Of a DNA stretch of 64,000 nucleotides, positions 29,992 through 39,659 are shown in pieces; positions within the stretch are counted from its first letter, which is position 1; each line of letters starts with the position of its first letter. The stretch is from an uncultured candidate division Zixibacteria bacterium (GTDB taxonomy: Bacteria; Zixibacteria; MSB-5A5; GN15; FEB-12), in NCBI GenBank assembly GCA_963664195.1, contig OY760907.1, forward strand, positions 1,024,001 to 1,088,000. The letters are read 5' to 3'. The notes beneath the pieces were generated by a model that was not told the DNA's origin, searched no databases, and worked only from the letters and a program-made list of their open reading frames with translations. The translations under genes were made by a program, and so were the position numbers.

Positions 29992-30618
29992 ATGGCCGCA
30001 GGATACAAAAACGAATCTCAGCCCGATACCAACGAGAAGATCATCCTCGCTGCGCGTACCGAATTCGCCGATCACGGCTATGACGGCGCCAGAGTCGACC
30101 GAATCGCCGTCAGTGCCGGGGTCAACAAGGCAATGATCTATTACCATTTCAACTCCAAGCGAAACCTGTATCTGGCGGTCATCAAGAATCACTTTGAGGT
30201 TATCAAGACGTATGCTCTCAAAGATGTCGATCCGGAGACCTCACTCGAGAATATTCTGAGGATACTGGCCTCGACTTTCGTCGATATGTCAAGCCGAATA
30301 ACGTCGTTTAAGCCTATCATCCTGCGAGAGTTGGCCAATCCGAATCGGGAGGTCCTCAAAGAAATCGTAGCCGCTTTTACAGAATCCAGACTGCCTGAAC
30401 TCCTGGGCCACAGCCTGAGCATCGAAGTTCAGAAAGGCAATGTCCGGCCGATGGATGTGCGCCAGATGATTGCGTCGTTTATCACCATGAACATTGGATA
30501 TCTCCTGCTGGCTCCGTTGATAAACCGGGTCCTGGTCATCGACGACCGGGAGACCTTCATCCAGGAACGAAGAGAAGCCGTGGTGGATATTTTCCTCAAC
30601 GGCATAAGGACGAGATAA
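29992..30618 (+). CDS. TetR/AcrR-family transcriptional regulator
   Basis: AARTEFADHGYDGARVDRIAVSAGVNKAMIYYHFNSK HTH. Confidence 0.95.
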   Translation: MAAGYKNESQPDTNEKIILAARTEFADHGYDGARVDRIAVSAGVNKAMIYYHFNSKRNLYLAVIKNHFEVIKTYALKDVDPETSLENILRILASTFVDMSSRITSFKPIILRELANPNREVLKEIVAAFTESRLPELLGHSLSIEVQKGNVRPMDVRQMIASFITMNIGYLLLAPLINRVLVIDDRETFIQERREAVVDIFLNGIRTR

Positions 30619-30621
30619 ATC

Positions 30622-31923
30622 ATGAAGTACCTGATCATCACAGCGGCGGTCTTGTTGATCGCCGCTTCGGCCAGCCCGCGTGAGCTGACTCTGGAGCAGG
30701 CCCTGCAACTTGCCGAGGAGCATTCGTTCAGCCAGAGAGTGGCCCGTGCGAAGACTCTCGGCGCCGAACAGTCTGTCAGAGCGGCCAGAGCAGAACGTCT
30801 CCCCACGCTGTCAGCCTCGGCGAGCGCAATGTATGTCGATGAGGTCCCCTCGCTTGATCTTCAGATCGCCCCCGGCATGTCAATCTCGCGCGAAATCGGC
30901 ACCAACGACAAGTACCAGACGGACCTGACGTTGAGTATGCCTCTCTTCACCGGCGGACGGATCAGTTCCGGAATCGACCTGGCAAACGCCGGACGCGACT
31001 ATCAAGAGGCCAACGAAAGGACCGATCTCAACGCTCTCCGCTACCGTACGCGACAGGAGTATTTGGCACTCTGCCGTACCCTGGCTTTGCAGGATGCTGC
31101 CGAAGCTTCCGCCAAACGAACCGCCATTATCGAGTCTGATGTCGATTCACGCTACGATGCCGGAGTGGCCGATTCCGTCGATCTACTCGAAGCATCACTT
31201 GCCACTACGCGGGCTCAGTTTGCCGTCAACCGCGCTGCAATCGAGGTCCGACAGGCGGAAATCAAACTGCTCACCCGTCTCGGCCTTTCCCTCACCGAAG
31301 AACTGTCGCTCACTTCACGAACGCCTGAACCGACAAAGCCGACAGTAACGAATGTCAACCCTTCCGCAAGACCGGAGCTTGACGCCGCCCGCGCAGGAAT
31401 CGGCATCAGCGCCGCGCAGTTGGACCTCGAGAAGGCTGCGGTCTTTCCGACTCTCTCTGTGTTTTCGGGCTACTCCTACGGAAAACCGAATATAAACATG
31501 TTCTCAAACGAGTTCAATGATGACCTCACAGTCGGCGCACGACTGAACTGGTCGCTCAATCTCGGCAACAAGACCGGCAAGCGGAAACGGTCCGCCACAT
31601 ACCAGCTCGACGCGGCCCGTTCTCAATTGGACTATGTTGAAGAGCAATTCACTCAGGAAGCCAACCTCGCCCTGGAACAGTGGAAACTGGCGTATGATCG
31701 GTTTGCCTCCGCCCGCGAGGAATACCGCCTTGCCTCACTGAACTACCGTCTCGCGGAGAACAGCCACCGGCAGGGAAACCTCTCGGCAAACCGACTGCTG
31801 GAGATTGAGACATCGCTGACCGAATCCGAAAACGGACTGGCTGCCGCCAGAGTCGACTATTATATCGCGCAGGGGGCGTTTTTCTACGCCGTGGGATCAG
31901 ACAATCTGGGAAAGGGTTTATAA
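30622..31923 (+). CDS. TolC-family outer membrane efflux protein
   Basis: Signal peptide, LTLEQAL, duplicated OEP repeats (RPEL, LPTLS) and operon context. Confidence 0.9.
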   Translation: MKYLIITAAVLLIAASASPRELTLEQALQLAEEHSFSQRVARAKTLGAEQSVRAARAERLPTLSASASAMYVDEVPSLDLQIAPGMSISREIGTNDKYQTDLTLSMPLFTGGRISSGIDLANAGRDYQEANERTDLNALRYRTRQEYLALCRTLALQDAAEASAKRTAIIESDVDSRYDAGVADSVDLLEASLATTRAQFAVNRAAIEVRQAEIKLLTRLGLSLTEELSLTSRTPEPTKPTVTNVNPSARPELDAARAGIGISAAQLDLEKAAVFPTLSVFSGYSYGKPNINMFSNEFNDDLTVGARLNWSLNLGNKTGKRKRSATYQLDAARSQLDYVEEQFTQEANLALEQWKLAYDRFASAREEYRLASLNYRLAENSHRQGNLSANRLLEIETSLTESENGLAAARVDYYIAQGAFFYAVGSDNLGKGL

Positions 31924-31924
31924 T

Positions 31925-32824
31925 ATGACTACGCACGTGCGTTCGACACTCATGCCACTACTGTTGTCGGCCGGACTGGTTGCTATCAGCGGCTGCGGCA
32001 CATCGGAGGATCCGGTCGGGGGATCAGGACTGATTGAAACGACCGAGACGCTCGTCTCTGCCGAAACAGCCGGTCGCATGACGAAGCGGTTTTTCGACGA
32101 GGGCCGGACAGTCAGCATCGGTGACACACTCGCTGTCATCGACCCCAGCCATCTCGAACTGCAACTGGCCTCGGCCAAAGCCGGCAAAACCGTACTAGCG
32201 ACCAACCTTGAGACCGCGCGCCTGAAAGTGAACCAGGCCGCCTCCGCCCAGAGATTCGCCGAGACCGAACTGGAGAGAGTGAAGAGGTTGCTGAATTCCG
32301 GAACCGCGACAAAGCGTCAGTTTGATCAGACTGAGTTCGAGCACACGCAGGCAGGCATCGCTCACCAAACGGCACGCGCCGGAGTGGCCACACTGGAGGC
32401 AGAGTTGACGCGGGTCGATGTCGAGATCAAACGGCTTGAACGCCTGATCAGCGACTGCTATCCTGTGGCCCCGACCAACGGCGTCATTGTCGAGAAGTAC
32501 GTAAACCCGGGTGAACTCCTTTCCCCCGGCAAACCTATTGCCAAAATCGCGCAGTTGGATACGGTGGAGGTCAAGGTCTACCTCACCGCTGGGGTTTTCG
32601 CCAACCTCACGCTCGGCACCATCGCCACGGTCAGCACAGAATCGGGCGGCACAGACCACTCCGGAACGGTTATCTGGACTTCAGAGGAAGCCGAGTTCAC
32701 GCCCAAAAACGTACAGACCGCACAGTCGCGCGCCGACCTCGTCTACGCAGTCAAGATCAGTATCCCCAACCCGGATCGGACGCTCAAAGTCGGCATGCCC
32801 GTCTTTGTTACGCTGGAGCAATAA
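31925..32824 (+). CDS. HlyD-family efflux periplasmic adaptor (YbhG-like)
   Basis: Lipoprotein-like signal, biotinyl-lipoyl half motifs and EAEFTPKNVQT...LKVGMP. Confidence 0.9.
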   Translation: MTTHVRSTLMPLLLSAGLVAISGCGTSEDPVGGSGLIETTETLVSAETAGRMTKRFFDEGRTVSIGDTLAVIDPSHLELQLASAKAGKTVLATNLETARLKVNQAASAQRFAETELERVKRLLNSGTATKRQFDQTEFEHTQAGIAHQTARAGVATLEAELTRVDVEIKRLERLISDCYPVAPTNGVIVEKYVNPGELLSPGKPIAKIAQLDTVEVKVYLTAGVFANLTLGTIATVSTESGGTDHSGTVIWTSEEAEFTPKNVQTAQSRADLVYAVKISIPNPDRTLKVGMPVFVTLEQ

Positions 32825-33738
32825 TGGCTTTCCTGACGGTGGACAACGTATCCAGATCGTACGAAGGCACTCCGGCGCTGATAGGCTTTTCGCTGGAGGT
32901 GAACCCGGCAGAAATCTACTCGCTGGTGGGACCTGACGGCGCCGGCAAAACGACGTTAATCCGAATCCTTTGCCGTCTTATAGATCCGGACAAGGGATCC
33001 GTCACGGTCGACGGTCTGGACATCTCGAAGTCATTTGAGAAGGTCAAGTCGATCCTCGGATACATGCCACAGCAATTTTCGCTCTATCCTGACCTGTCGG
33101 TCGAGGAAAACCTCATATTCTACGCCGGACTGTTTGGTGTCACCGGCAAGGCGTACCGTGAGAAACGAGACTACCTGTACGAGTTCTCGAATCTCGCCCC
33201 CTTCGCAAAACGGCGCGCCGCCGCACTCTCGGGCGGTATGAAGCAAAAACTAGCGCTGTCCTGTGCGCTAATCCATGAGCCGAAACTGCTCATACTCGAC
33301 GAGCCGACGACCGGTGTCGACCCACTCTCGCGCCGCCAGTTCTGGGATATCCTGCTGAATCTCAAGGAGCAGGGGGTGGCGATCCTTGTGTCAACCCCGT
33401 ACATGGACGAGGTTGCCCGGTGTGATCGCGCATGTTTTGTATTCGGCGGCAGGAAGCTCTCCGAAGGCTCCCCGGATCAACTCGCAGACCAGTTCTCGGG
33501 CGAAATCTACTACCTCAACCGTGAGCCTTCCACACGGCTGATCGCCGATCTAAACGCTGTCGAAGGCATCGCCGCCAGTCGGTTCGGGGCCGGACTGCAT
33601 CTGTATCTTGCTGAGGGGGACGATATCGACTTGTACAAAGAGACTCTCCGCACACTCGACGTTGATACGTCTGAAGCGCTCGAGATTCCGCCGGGACTCG
33701 AAGATCGGTTCATTCAACTTATGGATACTAAAGCGTGA
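32824..33738 (+). CDS. ABC transporter ATP-binding protein
   Basis: GPDGAGKTT, LSGGMKQK and LDEPTTGVDP motifs. Confidence 0.95.
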   Translation: MAFLTVDNVSRSYEGTPALIGFSLEVNPAEIYSLVGPDGAGKTTLIRILCRLIDPDKGSVTVDGLDISKSFEKVKSILGYMPQQFSLYPDLSVEENLIFYAGLFGVTGKAYREKRDYLYEFSNLAPFAKRRAAALSGGMKQKLALSCALIHEPKLLILDEPTTGVDPLSRRQFWDILLNLKEQGVAILVSTPYMDEVARCDRACFVFGGRKLSEGSPDQLADQFSGEIYYLNREPSTRLIADLNAVEGIAASRFGAGLHLYLAEGDDIDLYKETLRTLDVDTSEALEIPPGLEDRFIQLMDTKA

Positions 33739-34496
33739 GCACCGCCGAAACGACATCCCGGTATGCGGTTGAGATTGACAATCTCACTCGACGGTTTGGT
33801 GATTTTACCGCGGTCAATCGCATATCGCTGAACGTTGAATACGGCGAGATATTCGGGTTCCTCGGAGCCAACGGTGCCGGCAAGACGACAGCTATCCGTA
33901 TGCTCTGCGGTCTATTGATGCCTTCTGAAGGGAATGGCAAGGTGGCGGGTTTTGATGTCACCTCACAGCCGGAATCAATCAAGAGGAACATCGGGTATAT
34001 GTCGCAGAAGTTCTCGCTATATCCGGATTTGACCGGGAGGGAGAATCTTGAATTCTATGGCGCTGCCTACGGTCTCGGCAACGGGGATATCAAAAGACGG
34101 ATCGGCGAACTGTCCGAACGCCTGGAGTTGGCGGAATTCATCGACGAGCTATCCGGCAAACTCCCGGTCGGCTGGCGGCAACGTCTGGCACTCGCCGCGG
34201 CACAATTGCATGAACCGCGTATTCTTTTTCTCGATGAGCCAACCGGAGGCGTCGACCCGGTCTACCGTCGGCATTTCTGGAGTCTCTTGTACGAACTGGC
34301 TGACGAGGGCGTGGCGATATTCGTCACGACACACTATATGGACGAGGCTGAATACTGCGGCCGCATCTCGATCATGCATCGAGGTGAGATCATCAAACTC
34401 GGCAAACCGTATGAACTGATCCAGAGTCACAACGCACATAACCTCGAGGATATGTTCGTCACCCTGATCCAGAGTCGGGAGCAGAAGCATGCGTAG
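33735..34496 (+). CDS. ABC transporter ATP-binding protein
   Basis: GANGAGKTT, LPVGWRQR, LDEPTGGVDP and TTHYMDEAE motifs. Confidence 0.95.
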   Translation: MSTAETTSRYAVEIDNLTRRFGDFTAVNRISLNVEYGEIFGFLGANGAGKTTAIRMLCGLLMPSEGNGKVAGFDVTSQPESIKRNIGYMSQKFSLYPDLTGRENLEFYGAAYGLGNGDIKRRIGELSERLELAEFIDELSGKLPVGWRQRLALAAAQLHEPRILFLDEPTGGVDPVYRRHFWSLLYELADEGVAIFVTTHYMDEAEYCGRISIMHRGEIIKLGKPYELIQSHNAHNLEDMFVTLIQSREQKHA

Positions 34497-35595
34497 GATC
34501 AAGTTTGTCGCACAGAAAGAAATCTACCACATCCTTCGCGATATGCGGTCACTGCTGATTGCGTTCGCCATGCCGATCCTGATGGCGTTCCTCTACGGCT
34601 ACGCGATCAATATGGATATTGAAAACGTCACCATTGCCGTGGTGGACTTTGACAAGACAAGCGAGTCGCAGGAACTCATTGATCGCTTCTACAAATCGAC
34701 CTATTTTTCAATGGCCGACGAGCCGGTCGATCTCGCAAACCCCGAGCACATCCTGAGATCGGGGGAAGCGACAGCCATACTCTATATCACTCCTGGATAC
34801 GGTGAGGCCCTCACGAAAGGTTCTGAGTTTGAGCTGGGGATGACCGTCGACGGTGCCGATGCCTCGCTCGCCCTGGCGGTACAGGCCTACTCGAATGAGC
34901 TGCTGGCGGAAGTCATGCGTGACCGTCTGCCCGAAGGCATGGAAATCCCCGGAGTCGCGATCTCTCAGCAGATACTCTACAACCCGGATTTGGAATCGGC
35001 GCACTTTTTTGTGCCGGGGCTGGTAGCGATCATACTCATGCTGATTTCAGCGCTGCTGACCTCAATCACCATCGCCCGCGAAAAGGAAACGGGCACGATG
35101 GAGCAACTCCTCACCGCTCCGGTCAAGCCGCACGAAATCCTGATCGGAAAACTGCTTCCCTATATTGCGGTGGCGTTTCTGGACGGTATCTTCGTGCTCC
35201 TGTTCGCCTGGCTCGTGTTCGACGTGCCTTTTGTCGGCTCGGAGGTTTTGATGCTCGGCTTCGGTCTGGTGTATGTCACGACGGCGCTGTCGATCGGCAT
35301 TCTCATATCAGCAATCTCGAAAACTCAGCAAATCGCCATGATGCTTGCGATGACTACCACGCTACTTCCCTCGGTCATGCTGTCCGGTTTCATTTTCGCC
35401 GTAAAGAACATGCCCGGCTTGTTGCAGGCCATCAGCACGATTATCCCGGCGACGTATTTCGTGAAGATCATTCGAGGCATCATGCTCAAGGGGGCCGGAC
35501 TCGAAGTCATGGCGATTCAAGGTGGCGGGCTGGTTGGCCTGATGCTGCTGTTCATGTTCATCGCCGCACGCAAATTTAGCACACGGATAGGGTAA
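34489..35595 (+). CDS. ABC-2 type permease (YbhS-like)
   Basis: YNPDLES...PGL, REKETGTMEQLL and multiple TM helices. Confidence 0.9.
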   Translation: MRRIKFVAQKEIYHILRDMRSLLIAFAMPILMAFLYGYAINMDIENVTIAVVDFDKTSESQELIDRFYKSTYFSMADEPVDLANPEHILRSGEATAILYITPGYGEALTKGSEFELGMTVDGADASLALAVQAYSNELLAEVMRDRLPEGMEIPGVAISQQILYNPDLESAHFFVPGLVAIILMLISALLTSITIAREKETGTMEQLLTAPVKPHEILIGKLLPYIAVAFLDGIFVLLFAWLVFDVPFVGSEVLMLGFGLVYVTTALSIGILISAISKTQQIAMMLAMTTTLLPSVMLSGFIFAVKNMPGLLQAISTIIPATYFVKIIRGIMLKGAGLEVMAIQGGGLVGLMLLFMFIAARKFSTRIG

Positions 35596-35599
35596 CCCC

Positions 35600-36712
35600 A
35601 TGTTTCGCGCATACATCGGATTGATCAAGAAGGAAATCAAGCAGATACGGCGCGACCCTATCATGCTGCGGATTATTTTCATCGCGCCCGTCTTTCAGTT
35701 ACTGCTGCTCGGCTATGCGATCAATGTCGACGTCAAACTGCTGGCCGCCGATGTCTACGACTACGACCAGAGTCAACACTCGCGGGAGTTCATTAAGTCG
35801 TTTGGTGCCGGAGAGTATTTCATCACAAGTGAACGCATCACCTCGCCCGGACAACTCCCCCTCTGGGACCTGGAAGAACGATTCAAAGGTGGCGACGCCG
35901 CAATTGCGGTGATCATACCGGAAGACTTCTCGAAACAACTGACGGCCGGAAAACAGACCACTGTTGGGATGATTACCGACGGTGCCGATGCCAACGCCGC
36001 CCGTTCTGGAATCGGGTATGCCTCGCAGATTGTCAGACAATACTCCCAGCGTGTGACCGGTATGTCAATGCCCCTTGAGATGCGACACAGGTTTCTCTAC
36101 AACCCGGAGCTGGAGTCGGTCTGCTACATGGTGCCGGGCATTGTCGCCACGCTGCTTACAATGGTCACCGTCATGCTTACCTCCATGGCAATTGTGCGTG
36201 AGCGCGAAACCGGCACTCTGGAGCAGATTTCAGTGACGCCGATCAGTGGCACGGTCCTGCTTATGGGCAAGGTCACCACCTTCGGTATTCTCGGACTGCT
36301 AGAGATGGCAATTGCAATGGCGGTCGGGGTGTTATGGTTCGGCATTCCGTTTGTCGGCTCGCCGCTGTTGTTATTTGGTCTGTCGGCTCTCTACCTGCTG
36401 ACGACGCTCGGCATGGGAATGTTTTTCTCGACTGTGACGTCCACTCAGCAGCAGGCAATGTTCTTTGCCTGGTTTTTCACGATCTTCACAATTCTGACGG
36501 CCGGCTTTTTCACGCCGATCTCGAACATGCCCGGGTGGATGCAGGCGGTAACGTTGATTAACCCGATGCGGTATTTCATGGAGATCATGCGCGGGATCAT
36601 GCTAAAGGGCGCAAGCGTATCTGACTTGCTTGACCAGATCGTGGCGATAGCTATTTACGGCGTAACGATTTTCACACTCGCGGCCTTGCGCTTCAGAAAG
36701 CGGACGGAGTAG
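35600..36712 (+). CDS. ABC-2 type permease (YbhR-like)
   Basis: YNPELES...PGI, RERETGTLEQ and multiple TM helices. Confidence 0.9.
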   Translation: MFRAYIGLIKKEIKQIRRDPIMLRIIFIAPVFQLLLLGYAINVDVKLLAADVYDYDQSQHSREFIKSFGAGEYFITSERITSPGQLPLWDLEERFKGGDAAIAVIIPEDFSKQLTAGKQTTVGMITDGADANAARSGIGYASQIVRQYSQRVTGMSMPLEMRHRFLYNPELESVCYMVPGIVATLLTMVTVMLTSMAIVRERETGTLEQISVTPISGTVLLMGKVTTFGILGLLEMAIAMAVGVLWFGIPFVGSPLLLFGLSALYLLTTLGMGMFFSTVTSTQQQAMFFAWFFTIFTILTAGFFTPISNMPGWMQAVTLINPMRYFMEIMRGIMLKGASVSDLLDQIVAIAIYGVTIFTLAALRFRKRTE

Positions 36713-36770
36713 GCCTGCTGTGGGCGGCAGATGCTAATCTCTTACCCCTTGTGACGCAGCAACCGGCATT

Positions 36771-36799
36771 CGTAGCGCAGGTCTGTCTTCAGACCGGCG
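36771..36799 (+). repeat. GTAG-type REP-like element
   Basis: cgtagcgcaggtctgtcttcagaccggcg is a hairpin related to the copies at 21127-21222. Confidence 0.55.
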
Positions 36800-36895
36800 A
36801 GGACAATCACGAACTCACAAATCATTTACGTTGAAAGACCGGCTTCGCGGTCATACATTGTGTGATTGTGAATGGTGCTCGTTGAGGATAATACT

Positions 36896-37648
36896 ATGTA
36901 CTCAAAGTTCCTAATCGGCGGCGGCTGGGATTCAGACGGTTGCGCACTGACCTACGGTCCCTTCCTGAAAGCGGCGACCAAATCCACTCGAAAGATACTC
37001 GTTATCGCTGCCTCGGCAGAGAAAGAGGGCGAGACAAGTCTGAGAGATCATTGTGCGGTCTTTGAGAAACTCGGTGTGAGTTCAAGTGAGATTGCGCCGC
37101 TTGTCGTCACCCCTGCTAATCCTTTGACAATAGAGATGGTCGAGACCGTCAAGCCGACCGGGCTGTTTGTCTGCGGCGGGACGACCCCAATCTACCAGGA
37201 AGCACTCTGCGTAACACGGGATTGGCTGGATTATCTGCAGCAAGAGCAGGTCCCCTACGCTGGTTTCTCCGCCGGGTCAGCTATCGCCGCGCCCTCGGCC
37301 ATTGTGGGCGGGTGGCAGGTTGAAATCGATGGGAAGGCTGTCGCTATGCTGGATGACGAACTGGCCGAAGACCTGGACAAACTCGAAGTACGCCCCGGGT
37401 TGGGGATGTTCCCGCACGCTGTCGACGTACATGCCAGCCAGTGGGGCACGCTGACGCGCCTGATCCACGCCGTCGACCAGGGTATGGTCAGCGAAGGGTT
37501 TGCAATAGATGAAAACACCATGTTGGCAGTGGTGAACAAGAACGTGACCGTGCGCGGTCTGGGACACGTGTATCACGTTGAGAGGACCGGGGAGGGTGAA
37601 GTGAAAGTGAGCATGTACCGGGCGGGAAGGGAATGGTCGCTCAGATGA
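36896..37648 (+). CDS. Peptidase S51 family (cyanophycinase / dipeptidase E-like)
   Basis: LIGGG, FVCGG, nucleophile elbow GFSAG, GLG...VDVH and AIDENT motifs. Confidence 0.8.
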   Translation: MYSKFLIGGGWDSDGCALTYGPFLKAATKSTRKILVIAASAEKEGETSLRDHCAVFEKLGVSSSEIAPLVVTPANPLTIEMVETVKPTGLFVCGGTTPIYQEALCVTRDWLDYLQQEQVPYAGFSAGSAIAAPSAIVGGWQVEIDGKAVAMLDDELAEDLDKLEVRPGLGMFPHAVDVHASQWGTLTRLIHAVDQGMVSEGFAIDENTMLAVVNKNVTVRGLGHVYHVERTGEGEVKVSMYRAGREWSLR

Positions 37649-37716
37649 CCCCTCACGGGAGCATTTCGCCGCGTATCCCTTTTCTACTGATCGAATCGAG
37701 CCCGTTCACCAATCAA

Positions 37717-37795
37717 GTCAGTCTGAGCTTGTCGAAGACTGCAACACTTGATTGGTCTTTGAACAGGGTCCACACTTCGACAGGCTCAGTGTGAC
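37717..37795. repeat. Inverted pair of CTGAGC(C/T)TGTCGAAG REP-like elements
   Basis: gtcagtctgagcttgtcgaagac at 37717-37739 and cacttcgacaggctcagtgtgac at 37773-37795. 37772-37795 is an exact 24-nt reverse complement of 55789-55812. Confidence 0.75.
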
Positions 37796-37947
37796 ATATT
37801 AGCAGCCCCGGTATTGCACACTCATCCGGCAAATCTGCGCCCTGCGGTGAAGAACACGCTGTGCTCTTCGGATGATTCCTCCGGGAACATTTCGCTGCGC
37901 ATCTCCTTTCTAGTACTTAGAAAATCGAAACAGGAGGATTTCCAGAT

Positions 37948-38418
37948 ATGACAGTTGAAAATGGAACAAAGGCGCCAATGTTCACCCTTCCCGATCAGGA
38001 TGAAAACAAGACCGCCCTCAAAGATTTCGCCGGAAAGTGGGTCGTGCTCTATTTCTATCCCAAAGACGACACCCCCGGGTGTACTACCGAAGCCTGCGAG
38101 TTCACGACCAGCCTCAAGGCTTTCGACAAACTGAACGCCACCGTTCTCGGGGTCAGCCGAGACTCGGCAGAAAGACACCAGAAGTTCATCGCCAAGTACG
38201 ACCTCAAAGTCACCCTGCTCTCCGACCCGGACCACAAGGTCATGGAGAAGTACGGTGCCTGGGGCGTTAAGAAAATGTACGGCAAAGAGGTCGAGGGAGT
38301 GATTCGCAGCACCTTCCTGATCGACCCGTCGGGCAAGATCGCCCACGCCTGGAAAAGCGTCAAGGCGGCCGGCCACGCCAACAAAGTGCACCAAAAGCTA
38401 CAGGAATTGTTGAAGTAG
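37948..38418 (+). CDS. bcp: Thioredoxin-dependent thiol peroxidase (BCP/PrxQ)
   Basis: YFYPKDDTPGCTTEAC and RSTFLID motifs. Confidence 0.95.
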   Translation: MTVENGTKAPMFTLPDQDENKTALKDFAGKWVVLYFYPKDDTPGCTTEACEFTTSLKAFDKLNATVLGVSRDSAERHQKFIAKYDLKVTLLSDPDHKVMEKYGAWGVKKMYGKEVEGVIRSTFLIDPSGKIAHAWKSVKAAGHANKVHQKLQELLK

Positions 38419-38486
38419 GTGTTCTCGTAGACACATTCAATCGAGATTTTTGTTGCTCCGGTTGATCGCACACCGTAACTACCTAC

Positions 38487-38852
38487 ATGCCTAGACGTGT
38501 GCAGAAAAAAAGACCTTCCCTGCTTTCACCGGCCGGGAGTCTTATCAAAAAACTCTCCGAAACGGACAAGAGACACCGGCGCAAAGCGTTGAAGATATCC
38601 CTGTGGGTAGTAACGCTGATGTTTACGTATTCGCTCTGTTTCGGCACGTATAGCATCCCGCGCGTGGTGAAACTGTCTCTTCGCAAGAGCGCCCTGGTCG
38701 AGTCCAACCGTGAGCTGACCGCCCGCTTGATCGACGGTGCCCGTGAGCGAGAGCTGCTCCGGAGCGACGCGACGTATATCGAACAGGTCGCCCGCAGCCG
38801 CTATTTTATGGTTCGTCCCGGCGAGACTGTTTATCGCTACCGTAGCCGGTAA
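38487..38852 (+). CDS. Septum formation initiator (FtsB/DivIC family)
   Basis: Single TM, coiled coil and YIEQVARSRYFMVRPGETVY signature. Confidence 0.75.
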   Translation: MPRRVQKKRPSLLSPAGSLIKKLSETDKRHRRKALKISLWVVTLMFTYSLCFGTYSIPRVVKLSLRKSALVESNRELTARLIDGARERELLRSDATYIEQVARSRYFMVRPGETVYRYRSR

Positions 38853-38857
38853 CTGCC

Positions 38858-39646
38858 ATGGCGCTGGACAAATCCGAAGCCGTTATCCTGAAGATGTTCA
38901 ACTGGTCGGAGTCCTCGCGGACTGTGGTCTTTTTCACGCGTAAATTCGGCAAGATGGCCCTGATAGACCGTGGCGGCAGATCGCTCAAGTCCAAGCGGGG
39001 ACGTCTCTTGCGGTTCGCGCGGCTTGATCTGACCCTCTACAATTCGCAAAAGGAAACCAGCGGGTACATCTCCGATGTCGAGGCGCTACGGGTATTCTCA
39101 CTGGAAAAAGACGGCGGCCTCGGCCGACTTGCCTACGGATCGGCAGCCTGCGAACTGCTGTATATTCTGCTCCCGGAAAGCGAACAGCAATCCTCGCTTT
39201 ACAGTTACCTCCTGAGCTATCTGGAAAAACTCGAGCGGGTGGATAAGAAGTACCTTCCGGCGTTGTTTCTCACGTTCCTATTGCGGGTCATGTCGCAACT
39301 GGGATACCATCCCTCCCTGGCCTTCTGCGCCGGATGCTCCAAAAACTGGTCCGATATGCCGCAGGACGAGGGCAAACTGCTCTTTTCCGCTCAGCGCGGC
39401 GGGCTGGTCTGTCCCTCTTGCCAAAAACCGGGAGAGTATTATATTGGCCTTTCCGCAGGCGACGTGAAATCGCTTACGGTACTTCAGCGGGCATCTCTTG
39501 ACGAGGCGGCCGCAGTGCCAATGGGGTACCAGGGAGCCACGTTCCTGATTGAGACGCTGGCTGATTTCCTGAAGTTCCATTCCGGGTTGCTCTCAGAGCT
39601 GAAATCGCTGGAGTTTCTCGAAAAACTGAAGAATACGCAACTGTAA
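38858..39646 (+). CDS. recO: DNA repair protein RecO
   Basis: EAVILK...ESSRTV...FGK OB fold, LGYHP, and a Zn finger CAGC...GGLVCPSC. Confidence 0.9.
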   Translation: MALDKSEAVILKMFNWSESSRTVVFFTRKFGKMALIDRGGRSLKSKRGRLLRFARLDLTLYNSQKETSGYISDVEALRVFSLEKDGGLGRLAYGSAACELLYILLPESEQQSSLYSYLLSYLEKLERVDKKYLPALFLTFLLRVMSQLGYHPSLAFCAGCSKNWSDMPQDEGKLLFSAQRGGLVCPSCQKPGEYYIGLSAGDVKSLTVLQRASLDEAAAVPMGYQGATFLIETLADFLKFHSGLLSELKSLEFLEKLKNTQL

Positions 39647-39659
39647 TAGAAAGACTGCT

